Shown: in pieces, positions 17,046 through 29,941 of the stretch | How the letters are laid out: the number at the start of each line of letters is the position of its first letter | Numbering within the stretch: the first letter of the stretch is position 1 | From: Saprospiraceae bacterium | GTDB lineage: Bacteria; Bacteroidota; Bacteroidia; Chitinophagales; Saprospiraceae | DNA length: 64,000 bases | NCBI GenBank assembly: GCA_016719855.1 | Contig: JADJYH010000014.1 | Coordinates: 45,949-109,948 of the forward strand | Reading direction: 5' to 3' | Notes under the pieces: model-generated | What the model was told of the DNA's origin: nothing | Seen by the model: only the letters and a program-made list of their open reading frames with translations | Database searches by the model: none | Program-made: the position numbers and the translations under genes

Positions 17046-19311
17046 ATGCAAAATCACTTCACAGAAGACGCTTGGAACATCATCGAAACGGAGTTTCGTC
17101 CAGCACAAAACGAACTGACCGAGCGCTGTTTTTCACTCGGAAACGGGAGCATCGGACATAGGGCCAGTTTTGAGGAGCAGTACTCAGGCAGCAGCCAGCC
17201 CGGTTGTTTTATTTCGGGCATTTACCACAAAGAAAAGCTGCCCATACCAAGCGGTAAAAACGGCTTCCCGGCTTATTCCACCCACTCGCTGGTTGCTCCT
17301 AACTGGCTGGGAATCAATGTTTTGATTGATGGGGAAGTGCTCGACCTCGCCGTTTGCAAAGTCAAGGATTTCCGCCGGACGCTCAACATGCGAGAGAGCT
17401 ATTTGGAGCGCATTTTTACCGTAAAAATGCTGAGTGGGAAGGAGGTGTCGGTTCGGGCAACCCGGTTTTGCAGCATCGTGGAACCGTCGGCGAGTGCCAT
17501 CAGGTATTCCGTGAAGGCACTGAATTTTGATGGCACAGTGACCTTTACGCCTTACTTGGACGGCGACATTCCGAACAACATCGGCAGCCACGAAGAGCCG
17601 GTTTGGGTGGAGGTGGAAAAATCGGTCAGGAAGCGCTCTTGCTACCTCATCATGGAAACTACCTCGACCCAGCAGCGGGCTTGCATCGGCATGAAGTTCA
17701 TTGTTTTCAAGAACAAGGGCGAGGTCAAATTGGATACCAACGGAAGGTTGGACGACAGTTTTGCAGCCTGCACGGCCTCACTCAAGTGCAAGGCGGGTGA
17801 TGAACTGACGCTGTTCAAATACGTCGGGGTAGTCAGTTCACTGGCACATGAGAAAAACAAATTGGTTTCTGAATGTAAAAAAGTGGTGAAAAAAGCCTTC
17901 GCCAATGGTTTTGACAAAATGCTGAAGGAGCATTCGGAAGCCTGGGCCACAAGGTGGGAAGCTGCCGACATCCAAGTGGATGGCAATCCGGCAGCACAGC
18001 AGGGCATCCGGTTTTGCCTGTTTCAGCTTTTGCAGAACTACGACGGGAGGGCTGGCCAATTGCCCGTCAGCCGGTCGGGGTTCAGTGGCTGGGGCTATTT
18101 GGCACCAAGAGGCGTTTTTGTTGCCGTTCTTTCAATCCGTTTTTGAGCCAAAATTTGCTCGCAACCTGTTGATTAACAGGCACAAGCAATTGCCGCAGGC
18201 GATTGAAAACGGTATTCGGCTAGGCTTTGCCGATGGGGCTGCGTTGTACCCCGCTGCCACGGTGAACGGCGAAGAATGCCACCCCGAGCCGGACATCTCG
18301 CTCGAAACCCTCCACCGAAACGCTTCGGTGGCGTTTGCCATTTTCGACTATGTCCGATACTCCGGTGACCAAGATTTCTTGGCAGATTATGGGCTGGAAA
18401 TGTTGATTGGCATCGCTCGATTCTGGTCACAGCGGGTGCATTGGTCGCAGCGCCAGCAGCAATATTTGCTGCACGGGGTCACTGGCCCCAACGAGTACGA
18501 GCGCAACGTCAACAACAACGGGTACACCAACCGCATGGCCGCTTGGTGCCTAGAATACACCCTCGAAGCCCTGAAAATCGTGGAGTCGGTGGCCCGTGAA
18601 AACTGTGCTGCGCTGCTCAAGCGGCTGAACTACCAGGGCAGTACGGAGACCGCCCGCTGGGCCGATATTGCAGCCAAAATCTACCTTCCCACGGATGAGG
18701 AACTAGGCATCTTCGAGCAACAGGACGGCTACCTTGCCAAAGAACAATTAACCGTCGCCGACTTGGGCGAAGACGACAAGCCACTGCATCGCCACTGGTC
18801 GTGGGACCGTATTTTGCGTTCCAGCTTCTTGCGGCAAGCCGATGTGCTGCAAGCGCCATTTTTTCTCGATGGCGAATTTTCAGAATCAGATTTGCGCCGC
18901 AATTTTGAGTTTTACGAACCTCGCACCGTACACGAAGGCTCGGTTTCGGCAGCAGTCCATTCCTTGCTGGCAGCTCGTTTGGGCAAGAAGGACATAGCGT
19001 TGGACCTGTTACTCCGTTCCGCACACCAAGACCTCAATGGAGAAAACGCAGACACTACCGAAGGGCTTCACCTTTCAGCAATGGCGGGTACTTGGCTGGC
19101 CATCGTCAAGGGGTTTGGTGGGATGAAAGTGGAGCCAAATATGCTTTCGTTCAGCCCGTGGCTGCCGACTGGGTGGGAGGCATACGCTTTCAAGGTGTGC
19201 TGGCGGGGCCACGTCATCGAATTGAAAATGACGGCAGCGGGAGCGTCCATCTCCAACCACACAGGGAAAAGCTTGAAAGTCAAGCTGAACGGGACAGTGC
19301 TGGAGGTGTGA
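17046..19311 (+). pseudogene. glycoside hydrolase family 65 protein (disaccharide phosphorylase type), frameshifted as given
   Basis: ORFs 17046-18146 and 17980-19311. GH65-like N-terminus (FSLGNGSIGHRASFEE) and catalytic-domain motifs (NEYERNVNNNGYTN, EGLHLSAMAG). One extra T at the T-run 18098-18100 gives ...GFSGWGYFWHQEAFLLPFF. Confidence 0.85.
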
Positions 19312-19411
19312 AAATTCATTTCAACGTCGGGGAGGTTTCGAACCTCCCCGATGTTGAAACCGGAAGATGAGGAAATTATTTTTTGACCATTTTTCAGCGG
19401 TATGGTAAATG

Positions 19412-19448
19412 AAAAAAGGGAACTTGCACGAGGCTAGTTCCCTTTTTT
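19412..19448. terminator. bidirectional intrinsic terminator
   Basis: aaaaaa-gggaact-tgcacgaggct-agttccc-tttttt, between the convergent GH65 gene and sdhB. Confidence 0.8.
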
Positions 19449-19472
19449 ATTGACTCGGAAAAGAATTCCGAC

Positions 19473-20222
19473 CTACTTGTCAGTCGAAGTAAACGACGCC
19501 CCGATGTACTCCCGGTTCAGCCTCGCAATGTTTTCCACTGAGATTTCTTTCGGACATTCCGCTTCGCAAGCCGTGATGTTGGAGCACATGCCGAAGCCCT
19601 CTTCGTCCATCTGGTGTACCATGCTCTGCGCACGGCGCTTGGCTTCCACTTGGCCTTGCGGCAACAGGGCGAGGTGCGATACCTTGGCGCTCACGAACAA
19701 CATCGCCGAAGCGTTTGGGCAGGCGGCCACGCAGGCGCCACAGCCGATGCAAGCGGCGGCTTCAAACGCCTTGCCCGCTACGTCCTTGCCAATAGGGACG
19801 GTGTTGCCGTCAGGTGCCTGTCCAGTGTCCACGCTCACGTAGCCACCCGCTTGGATGATGCGGTCGAAGGCGGAGCGGTCCACCACGAGGTCTTTCAGCA
19901 CGGGGAAAGCCCTTGCCCTGAACGGTTCGATGACGACGGTTTCCCCTTCCTTGAAGTGGCGCATGTGCAGTTGGCAGGTGGTCGTGCCGGTCTGTGGGCC
20001 GTGGGGCAGGCCATTGATGACGAGGCTGCATGTGCCACAGATACCTTCCCGGCAGTCGTGCTCAAATGCCACGGGTTCCTTTTGGCTGGAAACGAGGCTT
20101 TCGTTCAGCACGTCAAGCATTTCGAGGAACGACATGTGCTCGTTGGCCATGACCTGATAGTTCTCGAAGCGGCCTTTATCCTTTGCGTTTTTCTGACGCC
20201 AGATTTTTAAGTTTAGTTTCAT
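19473..20222 (-). CDS. sdhB: succinate dehydrogenase/fumarate reductase iron-sulfur subunit
   Basis: Start [17 protein letters not shown] at 20222. Cys clusters [22 protein letters not shown] and [12 protein letters not shown]. The upstream part of the track ORF is just the translated hairpin repeat. Confidence 0.92.
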   Translation of the reverse strand: MKLNLKIWRQKNAKDKGRFENYQVMANEHMSFLEMLDVLNESLVSSQKEPVAFEHDCREGICGTCSLVINGLPHGPQTGTTTCQLHMRHFKEGETVVIEPFRARAFPVLKDLVVDRSAFDRIIQAGGYVSVDTGQAPDGNTVPIGKDVAGKAFEAAACIGCGACVAACPNASAMLFVSAKVSHLALLPQGQVEAKRRAQSMVHQMDEEGFGMCSNITACEAECPKEISVENIARLNREYIGASFTSTDK

Positions 20223-20230
20223 TTTACTTT

Positions 20231-20314
20231 GGTTGATAAGGGTTGATGAGGGTTGATAAGGGTTGATGGGGCCCATTATCAACCCTTATCAACCCTTATC
20301 AACCCTTATCAACC
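20231..20314. repeat. tandem-repeat hairpin (GGGTTGATRA unit x4 per arm) filling the sdhA-sdhB spacer
   Basis: Left arm 20231-20268 ggttgataagggttgatgagggttgataagggttgatg. Right arm 20277-20314 is its reverse complement, with 36 Watson-Crick pairs plus 2 G-T positions. The loop is 8 nt. Confidence 0.95.
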
Positions 20315-22315
<2,001 letters not shown>

Positions 22316-22357
22316 ATTTTACAAAGTAAAAAGTAAAAAGGATTAAGTCAAAAGTGG

Positions 22358-23064
22358 TTAAGCGTGGCGCATATAAAACACGAGAGGTATCACCGCAAAT
22401 CCCAGCGGTACCAAGACCGAGTAGGCCGCCCCAACGAACTTGATGATGGGCGTGTATTTTGGGTGATTTAGGCCCATCGTTTGGAAGGCCGACTGGAAGC
22501 CGTGCCAGAGGTGAAAGGCAATCACGACCATGCTAATCACGTAGAAAACCACAAAGCCCAAATTCGTGAAGGTTTCTTCAACCAAGATATAGAGGTTTCT
22601 TACTTCTTTCCGTCAATGTTCACCAACTCAACGCCGTAGCCGATTTCACCGTAGTGCATCATCGCCCAAAACTGAACCAAGTGGATGATGAGGAACACAA
22701 AAATCACCGTTCCGTAAGCCCACATGTACTTGGCCATTACCGGATTGGTTTGCGTAGCACGGGTTTTTGTTACCGCATAACCTTGAGTGCCACGAGCGCC
22801 ACGGTTTTTTACCCAAAGGAAAATGCCCAAGAAGGCATGCAGCAAAATGAAGAAGAAATTCCCTTTGGAAATGAACTGAATCAATGGGTTGTGGCCCATG
22901 AAATCAGCATAGATGTTGAAGGCTTTACCATCGTCGTTGTGGAGCAACTGGAGGTTTCCAGCAAGGTGTACCACCAAAAAAAGGATAAGGAAAATGCCCG
23001 TCAAGGCCATTAAAAGTTTCTTGCCAATGGAAGAAGTGAGAAATCCAAAAAACCAATTGTTCAT
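22358..23064 (-). pseudogene. sdhC: succinate dehydrogenase cytochrome b subunit (b558 family), frameshifted as given
   Basis: ORFs 22600-23118 (start MNNWFFGFLTSSIGKK at 23064) and 22358-22585 (HLWHGFQSAFQTMGLNHPKYT). One base added at the T-run 22607-22609 (AAA on the coding strand) joins ...NIDGKEVRNLYILVEETF. Confidence 0.85.
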
Positions 23065-23128
23065 CTTCAACTTCGTTTTGTTGATGTTTTCAAAACGGCG
23101 GCAGCAACCAAGCTGCAAAAACGCCGGG

Positions 23129-23136
23129 CAAATGTA
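23129..23136 (-). promoter_or_regulatory. Bacteroidota-type -7 promoter box (TACATTTG on the minus strand)
   Basis: Plus-strand CAAATGTA, 65 nt upstream of the sdhC start at 23064. Confidence 0.35.
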
Positions 23137-23213
23137 TCTACTTAAATGGTTTTATCAAAAATGAGTTGCATCACTTTGTAGGAAGGGACTTATTTAGAAC
23201 GGGAAAAATTGTG

Positions 23214-23267
23214 AAATGTGAACTGTGAACTGTGAACGCTCCCATTCACAGTTCACAGTTCACAGTT
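23214..23267. repeat. tandem-repeat hairpin (TGTGAAC unit x3 per arm)
   Basis: 20-bp perfect stem 23217-23236 / 23245-23264 with the 8-nt loop cgctccca. The right arm encodes the last residues (LTVNCEL-stop) of the prolyl endopeptidase gene. Confidence 0.9.
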
Positions 23268-25427
23268 AGCCCTTTGATGTATTTCACAGGCGTCTTCGTG
23301 TTGTAGAAGAAGAACGAATAGATATCGGCAACCTCGTCAATCACCTTGGAAGTGGGCTTGCCAGCACCGTGCCCGGCGTCCGTTTCGATGCGGATGAGCA
23401 CGGGGTTGTCGCCTTTGTGCGCCTGCTGGAAGCGTGGCGGCAAACTTGAAAGAATGCGCAGGCACCACCCGGTCGTCGTGGTCGCCAGTGGTGACCATCG
23501 TGGCGGGGTACTTCACGCCTGGTTTCAGGTTGTGTACAGGGGAGTAGCCCTTGAGGTAGTTGAACATCTCGGCACTTTCCTCCGAGGAGCCGTACTCTGG
23601 AATCCAGCCTTTACCAACGGTAAACTTGTGGTAGCGCAGCATATCCATTACGCCAACGGCGGGCAATGCTACGGCGAAGAGGTCGGGCCGCTGTGTCATA
23701 GCAGCACCAACAAGTAGGCCGCCGTTGGAGCCACCAGAGATTCCGAGGCGCTCCTTCGTGGTGTATTTTTCGGCGATAAGGTATTCGGCAGCTGCGATGA
23801 AGTCGTCAAATACATTTTGCTTTTTCATCAACATGCCAGCCTTGTGCCAAGCCTCACCGTACTCGCCGCCGCCACGCAAGTTGGGCATGGCGAATACGCC
23901 GCCATTCTCCAACAGCATGATTCTCGAAGTGCTAAAAGAGGGTGTTAGGCTGATGTTGAATCCGCCATAAGCGTAAAGCTGGCAGGGGTTGCTGCCATCC
24001 ATTTTCAGGCCTTTTTTATGCACCACAAACATGGTGACGGGCGTTCCGTCCTTGCTCGTGTAGGTCACTTGGTTTTCCACATAGTCCGCTGGATTGAACT
24101 TCAGCTTTGTCTCCTGAAAAACCGAAGACTGCCCCGAGGCGACATCGTACTTGAAAATGGTGGGCGGGTAGAGGAACGAGGTGAAGGTATAAAACAACGA
24201 CTTGTGCGACTCCTTGCCCCCCGGTGACCCGGCAGAGCCTAAGCCCGGCAGGGTCAGTGCTTTTTTGCCGGTCCCGTCGTAATTCATTTCGTAGATGCGG
24301 TTGGTCGCTTTTTCGAGGTAGCTGGCGAAGAGCTTGCCGCCGCCTGTGGAGCAGCCTTCCAGCAGGTTCTCCGATTCGGGGATGAGTTCTTTCCAGTTGG
24401 CCTTGTCCGGCTTGGAGAGGTCCACTTCCACGAGTCGGTAGTTTGGGGCGTCAATGTCAGTGAGTGCCAGCACTTTGTTGCCGATGTTGTGCACGACCGA
24501 GGTCTTGTTTTTGTATCCTTCAAACAGCGTCTTGATTGGCCCGTCGGTGTTCAGGTCTTTGTGCAAAACGGCGTAACCATCCGTGCCCGGCGCAGCATAT
24601 ATAAAAAGGTGCTTTTCGTCTTCCGTCACTTGGGCGTTGTGGTAGTAGCTGGGGTTTTTGTCATCCTTGTAAATCAGCTTGTCTTTGCTCTGCGGCTCGC
24701 CGAGCTTGTGGTAATAGACCCAGTGGTTCATGTTGTTGCCGCTGAGTTCGGTGCCCTTGGCGGGTTCCGGGTAGCGGGAGTAGAAGAAGCCGTCCTTCCA
24801 CCAAGCGCCGCCGCTGAACTTGACCCATTTCAGCACGTCGGGCATTTGTTTCATGGTAGCCACTTCGTAAACTTGGATTTCGCTCCAGTCCGAGCCAGCT
24901 TCTGAGCGACTTACAGTCAGGAATTTGTCATCACTGGAAACCCCGGCGATGCTGATGGCGACTGTGCCTTTGTCCGAAAGCTTATTGGGGTCAATGAAAA
25001 CCTCAGGAGCACCATCAAGCCCTTTTTGACGGTAGAGCACCGATTGGTTTTGCAGACCGTCGTTTTTTGAGAAGAAATAATACTCGCCAACTTGATAGGG
25101 AGCGCCGTATTTTGGGTAGTTGAACAACTCCTCGAAGCGGTCACGCACGGCATCTCGGAACGGGATTTTGCCGAGATAGTCTTGCGTGACGACGTTTTGT
25201 GACTTCACCCAAGCTTCGGTGTTGGCGGCAGTATCGTTTTCGAGCCAACGGAAGGGGTCGTCCACCGAGGTACCGAAGTAGTCGTCTTTTACGTCTTCCG
25301 TTGCTGTTGCTGGGTAGCTAACGGGAATCGCCGGGTAATCCATTTTTGCAGTTGTGTTTTGTTGGCCATCGTTTTTGCAGGCTGCAAATGAAACAACGGC
25401 GAGAACGGGAAACCATAGTTTTTTCAT
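23246..25427 (-). pseudogene. prolyl oligopeptidase (S9A prolyl endopeptidase), frameshifted as given
   Basis: ORFs 23337-25427 and 23246-23443. Signal peptide, propeller, catalytic GISGGSNGGLL, DHDDRV and GHGAGK. Removing one base at GG 23428-23429 restores ...[31 protein letters not shown]. Confidence 0.9.
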
Positions 25428-25486
25428 GAAAAAAGTTAGTTTTAGAATGCTTTACGAGGTGTGAATTTTTGTGGCGGAAAGGTAGG

Positions 25487-25494
25487 CAAAAATA
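25487..25494 (-). promoter_or_regulatory. Bacteroidota-type -7 promoter box (TATTTTTG on the minus strand)
   Basis: Plus-strand CAAAAATA, 60 nt upstream of the start at 25427. Confidence 0.35.
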
Positions 25495-25666
25495 CAATCG
25501 AAGCGAAAAGTAGTAGGCAAAACTGTCGCACGCCATGTATTGAGCAAGCAAAATATGCGGCCAAAAAAGATGGCCAAACTTGGATCTTGTGTTTCTCAGC
25601 AGGTCGAGCTTCTGGCCAACATTGTTGCCCTCGCAATGCTGAATGGGTATTTTACGGCTAGCTTGG

Positions 25667-26686
25667 CTACAAGTCCAGAAATTTTTGAAGGACGGTTGAG
25701 AGCTTATCAAGGTCTTTGCCACGGGTCATTACTGTGAGTAGATAAGCCTTGCCATTTAGAAACAAAACACCAGATTCGTGCAATTCCACTTCGGAAGTGT
25801 TGGGCCTAGTCCACTCACCGAATTTATGCCACTTCCTTACCCCTTCAGGCACCCCCTTTGAAAACCCTTCTTTGAAACTGCAATTGGTCAACATTTCAGC
25901 AGCATATTCTGAATATTCTGGACTCAGAAAGGCTGAATTGAAAATGGTTTCCATAAACCTTGAATAATCCTTTGCACCAATGCTGTAGTTGGGGTCACTC
26001 ATATCGGGCTTGGGAAGTCCAATATCCTGGAATAAGTTGATGACACTGCTGATGTTAACATTTGTCTCCAGTGCGTGGGTGGCATTGTTGTCGGAGTTGG
26101 CAGCACAGTAAAAGATAAGGTCGTGGATGGTATATTCTTTCCCTTCAGTGATAGTCGGGCCTTGAAAATACTGCTGGAACATGACTTTTTCAGACGCCTT
26201 TTTGTAAACGATTTTTTTCTCTAGCAATCCAGGCGTTGCCTCGGCAGTTTTCAGGACGGCAAGCATCAAGGGAACCTTCATCAGTGATGCAGGGTGGAAA
26301 ACTGCTTTCTCATTGATGGTAATCCAATCTCCTCTTTTGAAGTTTTTTAAAAAAACGGAGACATCCGAAATAGCTCCCACCTTTTTTAGGCTGTCTATCA
26401 GCATTTCAATTTCATTCTTGAGGGGCAGCAACTTGGTGGATTCTGTTTGTGGCTCTACCGTGACCACTGGTTGGATATTGTTGAAACCCTTCAGCCGCTT
26501 GATGTCATAAAATTTTATGTCATCTGGTGAGCCTAGTTCGATTACATCTTCGGATTTGTCGTTCAGCTTGGTCTTTAATGCAACGATTGCAATGGTCGCC
26601 AATATGCCCAAGGAAAAAAATGCAAATGCGACCGAGCGTTTTCGGTAATTTTTTGTCGTTGATTTTGATGTTTTGTTTGATTCCAT
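25667..26686 (-). CDS. serine hydrolase, class A beta-lactamase-related, membrane-anchored
   Basis: 339-aa ORF. N-terminal TM helix (VAFAFFSLGILATIAIVAL) and the S-x-x-K motif in FHPASLMKVPLMLAVL. Confidence 0.65.
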   Translation of the reverse strand: MESNKTSKSTTKNYRKRSVAFAFFSLGILATIAIVALKTKLNDKSEDVIELGSPDDIKFYDIKRLKGFNNIQPVVTVEPQTESTKLLPLKNEIEMLIDSLKKVGAISDVSVFLKNFKRGDWITINEKAVFHPASLMKVPLMLAVLKTAEATPGLLEKKIVYKKASEKVMFQQYFQGPTITEGKEYTIHDLIFYCAANSDNNATHALETNVNISSVINLFQDIGLPKPDMSDPNYSIGAKDYSRFMETIFNSAFLSPEYSEYAAEMLTNCSFKEGFSKGVPEGVRKWHKFGEWTRPNTSEVELHESGVLFLNGKAYLLTVMTRGKDLDKLSTVLQKFLDL

Positions 26687-27035
26687 TTTATCTGAATGTG
26701 AGGTGTTTTTTAGCTGTTGGTTTTACGCTCCATCAAAATGTGTTCGCTCATGAAAGGAACAGGCTTTTTGTAATTACTACAATAATTGTCAATCCTAAGA
26801 CATTCCCATTTTCTATGGTTGTTTTTCCCTGTTTATTGAATCAATGGTTAATGATATGCCAAAGCCTTTCAAAGGATTGCCTGCGTTGAACGCCCAAAAA
26901 TTGCATGGCATGGTACAATCCGAATGAGTCAAAAATAAAAAACAAAATGTTTTTAAAAAACTTGACAATTCAAAACAAATGTGTTTACTTTGCTGCTGTA
27001 ATTCATTTTAATTCAAACAAAAACTTGTTTCAATC

Positions 27036-27851
27036 ATGGCAGAGTATCGGCTACAACAGGAACCCCTCCAAACCGGCACTGCAAAGGAATTGCTCAAATG
27101 GGTGGGTAAATATTGGTTTCACGTAAGCATCGTCTTCTTTACCTGGCAGCTTTATGCCAACCGGGAAGTGCAAACCTCCGTGCAGATGATAGACGCACAA
27201 GCGTTGGCGAACACAGGAAAGGCGCAAAAAGTGAACGCCGCATTTGTGGAAGAGTTGGCTGCCTTGCCCGTGGTTCTTACCGACGACCGCCCCGTCAAAG
27301 CGCCTTCCAAAAAATGGAAATCCTCTGACTTCAAGAACCTCAGTTTCGTGCTTGACCCAAGCATGGCCAACGTCAAATCGGTGGACGATGAAATTGTAAA
27401 GGAAAAACTCAAGACTTGCCGAAAATACATTGAGCGCTTCGCAGCCACGGCCATCTCGGAGATGAAGCAATACGGCGTTCCGGCCAGCATAACCCTGGCG
27501 CAGGGGCTTATCGAAACCGACGCCGGGAGCAGCCGTCTCGCCACGGATTCGAACAACCATTTCGGCATCAAGTGCCGCAGCAAATGCCGCCACTGCACCT
27601 GTCGCAACTATTCCGACGACGATGTGTACGACATGTTCCGTGTGTTCGACACCTCTTGGGAAAGCTTTCGGGAGCACTCGAAGTTGCTGCAAATTGACCG
27701 TTACAAGCACCTGAAAAAACTAGGGACAGAGGACTACGAAGGATGGGCAAGGGGCCTCAAAAAGGCTGGCTATGCGACGGACAAAAACTATGACAAGAAG
27801 CTAATCCAAATAATTGAGGAGCTAGATTTGCACCAGTTCGATGGAAATTGA
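27036..27851 (+). CDS. glucosaminidase domain-containing protein (peptidoglycan hydrolase)
   Basis: YGVPASITLAQGLIETDAGSSRLATDSNNHFGIKC and GYATDKNYDKKLIQII match the mannosyl-glycoprotein endo-beta-N-acetylglucosaminidase family. Confidence 0.8.
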   Translation: MAEYRLQQEPLQTGTAKELLKWVGKYWFHVSIVFFTWQLYANREVQTSVQMIDAQALANTGKAQKVNAAFVEELAALPVVLTDDRPVKAPSKKWKSSDFKNLSFVLDPSMANVKSVDDEIVKEKLKTCRKYIERFAATAISEMKQYGVPASITLAQGLIETDAGSSRLATDSNNHFGIKCRSKCRHCTCRNYSDDDVYDMFRVFDTSWESFREHSKLLQIDRYKHLKKLGTEDYEGWARGLKKAGYATDKNYDKKLIQIIEELDLHQFDGN

Positions 27852-27921
27852 AAATTGAAAATGGAGAATTGAAAATTGGGGTCATGCTAATTCTCCATTT
27901 TCAATTCTCCATTTTCAATTT
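27852..27921. terminator. tandem-repeat hairpin between convergent genes (probable bidirectional terminator)
   Basis: 25-bp perfect stem aaattgaaaatggagaattgaaaat (27852-27876) / 27897-27921 with a 20-nt loop. It begins 1 nt after the TGA at 27849-27851, and its right arm contains the stop and last 6 codons (KLKMEN) of the minus-strand gene. Confidence 0.75.
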
Positions 27922-28344
27922 AATCGCATACCTCGTCGCCTCCGCCACGTCCTCAAAAACCGGCACACCATTTTGCGTTGCAACTTCGATTAAGTACGAC
28001 CTACCACGGTTTAGGTCTTTGCGCTCCAATTCGCCCAACGGTAGGCCATCGAAGAGGTCTTCTTCTTCGATTTTTTGAACGACCAGTGCCAATTTGCCGC
28101 CAGCACCAATACGGTAGGCTGCCTCAACCAAACTCGCAACACCCCTAGTCTCCGATGAGACCACGAACAGCCAGACCTCAGCTTTTTCCTTGGCCTCCGA
28201 TTCGATTTTCTGGTGCGCTGGGGTCCATTCCCCCACGCCCAACTGTGGATTGAAATACGTTACCCCTGCTGCTTCAAGGATGGGTATGGCGATTTTCTTG
28301 CGCCAAGTAGAATGTCCGGCAGTGCCGCCGAGGAAAACCTGCAT
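27901..28344 (-). CDS. nucleoside 2-deoxyribosyltransferase-like protein
   Basis: 147 aa. MQVFLGGTAGHSTWRKK...FNPQ...WLFVVSSETRGVASLVEAAY matches the Nuc_deoxyri_tr2-like pattern. Confidence 0.6.
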   Translation of the reverse strand: MQVFLGGTAGHSTWRKKIAIPILEAAGVTYFNPQLGVGEWTPAHQKIESEAKEKAEVWLFVVSSETRGVASLVEAAYRIGAGGKLALVVQKIEEEDLFDGLPLGELERKDLNRGRSYLIEVATQNGVPVFEDVAEATRYAIKLKMEN

Positions 28345-28360
28345 TTTATTGAGATATTGG

Positions 28361-28409
28361 GATATTGGGATATTGGGATAATAACTCGATATCCCAATAT
28401 CTCAATATC
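28361..28409. repeat. tandem-repeat hairpin (GATATTGG unit), probable pepD terminator
   Basis: gatattgggatattgggata (28361-28380) pairs with tatcccaatatctcaatatc (28390-28409), 19 of 20 positions, with a 9-nt loop. An extra upstream unit allows alternative registers. Confidence 0.8.
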
Positions 28410-28412
28410 AAT

Positions 28413-29865
28413 TCAAATTTCTGTAAGCGTCCGCAACAAATACCCCCAGTACTTCTGTACCGAGCTGATTTGCACCTTTTCGTCTGGAGAGTGGGCGCCA
28501 CGTATGTTTGGGCCGAAGGAAATCATTTCCATGTCGGGGTAGTTGGTGCCGACGATGCCACATTCGAGGCCAGCATGGCAGGCGTTCACGTGCGGTTTGC
28601 CGTTGTACATTTCTTCGTAGAGGCCGCTCATCAACTTCACCAAACGAGAGTCGGGCATGGGCGTCCAACCGGGGTAGTCGTTTCCGAAGGCGACCTTGGC
28701 ACCCGCCAATTCAAGCGTGCTTTTGAGGGCGTTGGCGAGGTCCACCTTTTCGGTGTCCACCGAGCTGCGGGTGAGGCACTGGATGCTGAACTGGCCATCC
28801 TTGACCAAGACCCTGGAGAGGTTGTTGGAGGTCTGCACCAAGTCTTTGATGTCGGGGCTCATGCGGTAAATGCCATTTGCGCAAGCGTAAATGACGGCCA
28901 TCAACTTTTTCTGGAATGCCTTTGCCAACACGCTGGGGGGCATATCGGTCGCTTCGCAAACGACGGCCAAATCAGGGTCGGTGGTGCGGTACTCGGCCTT
29001 TAGCGAAGTGGTTTCTTGTTGGACAAATGCTTGGAACGCAGCAACTTCATTGTTCGGGACCAGCACGACGGCAAAGCACTCCCTCGGTATGGCATTGCGC
29101 AAGCTGCCCCCATCCACGGAGGAGATGCGGAGGTTAAATTGCGAAGCGCCACCCGACAAAAGCCGGTTTACGAGCTTGTTGGCATTGCCCCGGCCCAAGG
29201 TGGATGTCCACGCCAGAATGGCCGCCCGTCAGCCCCTTCACCCCAAGGCGGAAAGCGGCCATACCAATCGGAACAGGTTCTTGCATGTAATCGCCAGTGC
29301 CGGTCACGTCAATGCCGCCAGCACAACCGATGGTGAGTTCTTGGTCGTCCTCGGTGTCGAGGTTGAGCATGTACTTGGCATGGAGCAGCCCACCTTCCAA
29401 ACCCTTGGCGCCCGTCAGCCCGGTCTCTTCGTCAATGGTGAACAGTGCCTCGATGGGCGGGTGCGGGATGTCGTTGCTGGCCAGAATGGTCATGATACTG
29501 GCCACGCCAATGCCGTTGTCGGCACCGAGCGTAGTGCCTTCCGCCTCCACCCAATCACCTTTCACCACCATACGGATGCCTTCTTTATCGAAGTCAAATT
29601 TGGTGTCGGCGTTCTTTTGGTGCACCATGTCGAGGTGGCTTTGGAGCAGCACCACGGGCTTATTTTCCATCCCCTTGCTCGCCGGTTTCTTGATGATGAC
29701 ATTGCCAGTGGCATCCACCGAGGTGGGCAGGCCGAGCCCCTTGCCAAAATCAACGATGAACTTGATTACCCGCTCTTCCTTCTTGGAAGGCCGGGGCACG
29801 GCGTTGAGGTCGGCGAAGTGGTTCCACAATGGTCGGGGTTCGAGATTTCTTACTGCATTTGACAT
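28413..29865 (-). pseudogene. pepD: aminoacyl-histidine dipeptidase PepD (M20C), frameshifted as given
   Basis: ORFs 29134-29865 and 28413-29198. RPLWNHFADLNAVPRPSKKEE, LQSHLDMVHQKN and DEETGLTGA motifs. Removing one base at CCC 29194-29196 restores GHSGVDIHLGRGNANKLVNRLL. Confidence 0.9.
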
Positions 29866-29941
29866 AAAGATTGGGTTTTGTTGACGGCGAAGATAGGGAA
29901 AAGCGGTTTAAGGTTGCAAATGGGTTTTGGGTTTAAGGGAC

